This document shows, one piece after another, positions 63,113-64,000 of a DNA stretch of 64,000 bases. Each line of letters begins with the position of its first letter. Within the stretch, counting starts at the first letter, position 1. Made by a program: the position numbers and the translations under genes. Source of the stretch: Acanthaster planci (lineage: Eukaryota); assembly GCF_001949145.1 (NCBI RefSeq), contig NW_019091356.1:3888934-3952933 (forward strand). The letters run 5' to 3'. The notes beneath the pieces were generated by a model. That model was not told the origin of the DNA and did no database searches. It saw only the letters and a list, made by a program, of their open reading frames with translations.

Positions 63113-64000
63113 AGCTTGCACAACTCCCCTCCCTTTGTTTATGATCTTCAATGCACTGGAAACAAACTTAAAACAGTGAAACCCAAACAGAACTTTGGTT
63201 GGGGTGGTGTTTTGCATGTGGGAAACCGACCAATTACTGTCGACATATTTATTCTGGTTGTAGATATTATTTTATTCTGGTATTTCACCAACAAACTCAG
63301 TATTCCGTTTCTGATTAAGAACTTTACTTAAAAAGACTGTCCTTTAAAGAAAGAGTTCCATACACGGACAACACCTGAGGCCCTGTTCACAAACCTAATA
63401 GGACTTATCTTAAAAATCTGAGTGTTTTCTAAGTAAATGCTTTGGAATTTTCTGAGCTAAATTCCACTTTTTAGGACATGTTATCACTTTCTGACGGGTG
63501 TTTTAACATTTTAAAGGGAAACTTTGTTGTCCGCATATGGAACTCTTTCCGATTTGAAACCTTAAAAACGAGAGGGTTAAAGGCGAAACAATGTGTTGCA
63601 CTTTTGACGATTTTTACCAGCTGGCTGCCAACTTACATTGACGAGTGACGATTGGGGAGGGGCACATGCCCCCAGCCCCCCCGGCTACGCCACTGCAAAT
63701 AACGATTAGAATCTTTGGTTCATGGCTGTTGGCCATCTTCCAGCGCTATGCCATAATAAATAAAGGCACCATCTTCATTTGATAGTTGCTTGCATGGTTG
63801 CCCAATGCCAGTAAAAGGACGGAGCCCCGTGAATACTTGTCAGAAAAGCTTTTAGAGACGATAGCACAGCCAGCTTGTCGCTGAGTTCAGCCGCTGCTAA
63901 CAAAAAGCCAAAATCTTGATGGCATTTGAATTGCATAAATTATTCCTCCCTGCAAATGCACTCCATGTAATTACGTCGAGAAATATACGTGGGGTGAAGA

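Overview
This is eukaryotic (animal, most likely invertebrate) genomic DNA from a draft assembly with four N-gaps. It has spliced genes with small GT-AG introns and no prokaryotic features. I reconstructed six protein-coding genes exon by exon. (1) The 3' part of a pericentrin/AKAP9-type giant coiled-coil gene with a C-terminal PACT domain (+, <1-19534). (2) A complete lanosterol synthase/oxidosqualene cyclase, LSS (-, 28294-38061, 18 coding exons, 725 aa). (3) A complete sterol 14-alpha-demethylase, CYP51 (+, 39778-45242, 12 coding exons, 500 aa), transcribed head-to-head with LSS across about 1.7 kb. (4) SARNP/CIP29 (-, 47626-52992). (5, 6) A head-to-head pair of EXOG-family nucleases: a canonical SRGH EXOG (+, 58028-62972) and a divergent DRGH paralog whose C-terminal wing is replaced by a transmembrane segment (-, 53897-57091). 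The most notable features are the divergently transcribed LSS-CYP51 pair, which encodes two consecutive sterol-pathway steps, and its link to a PACT-domain gene. That link mirrors the separate human PCNT-LSS and AKAP9-CYP51A1 neighbourhoods. Also present are candidate microexons, GC-AG introns, a possibly spliced LSS 3'UTR, SINEs, MITEs and a degenerate satellite. All gene models were read by eye and need RNA-seq confirmation.
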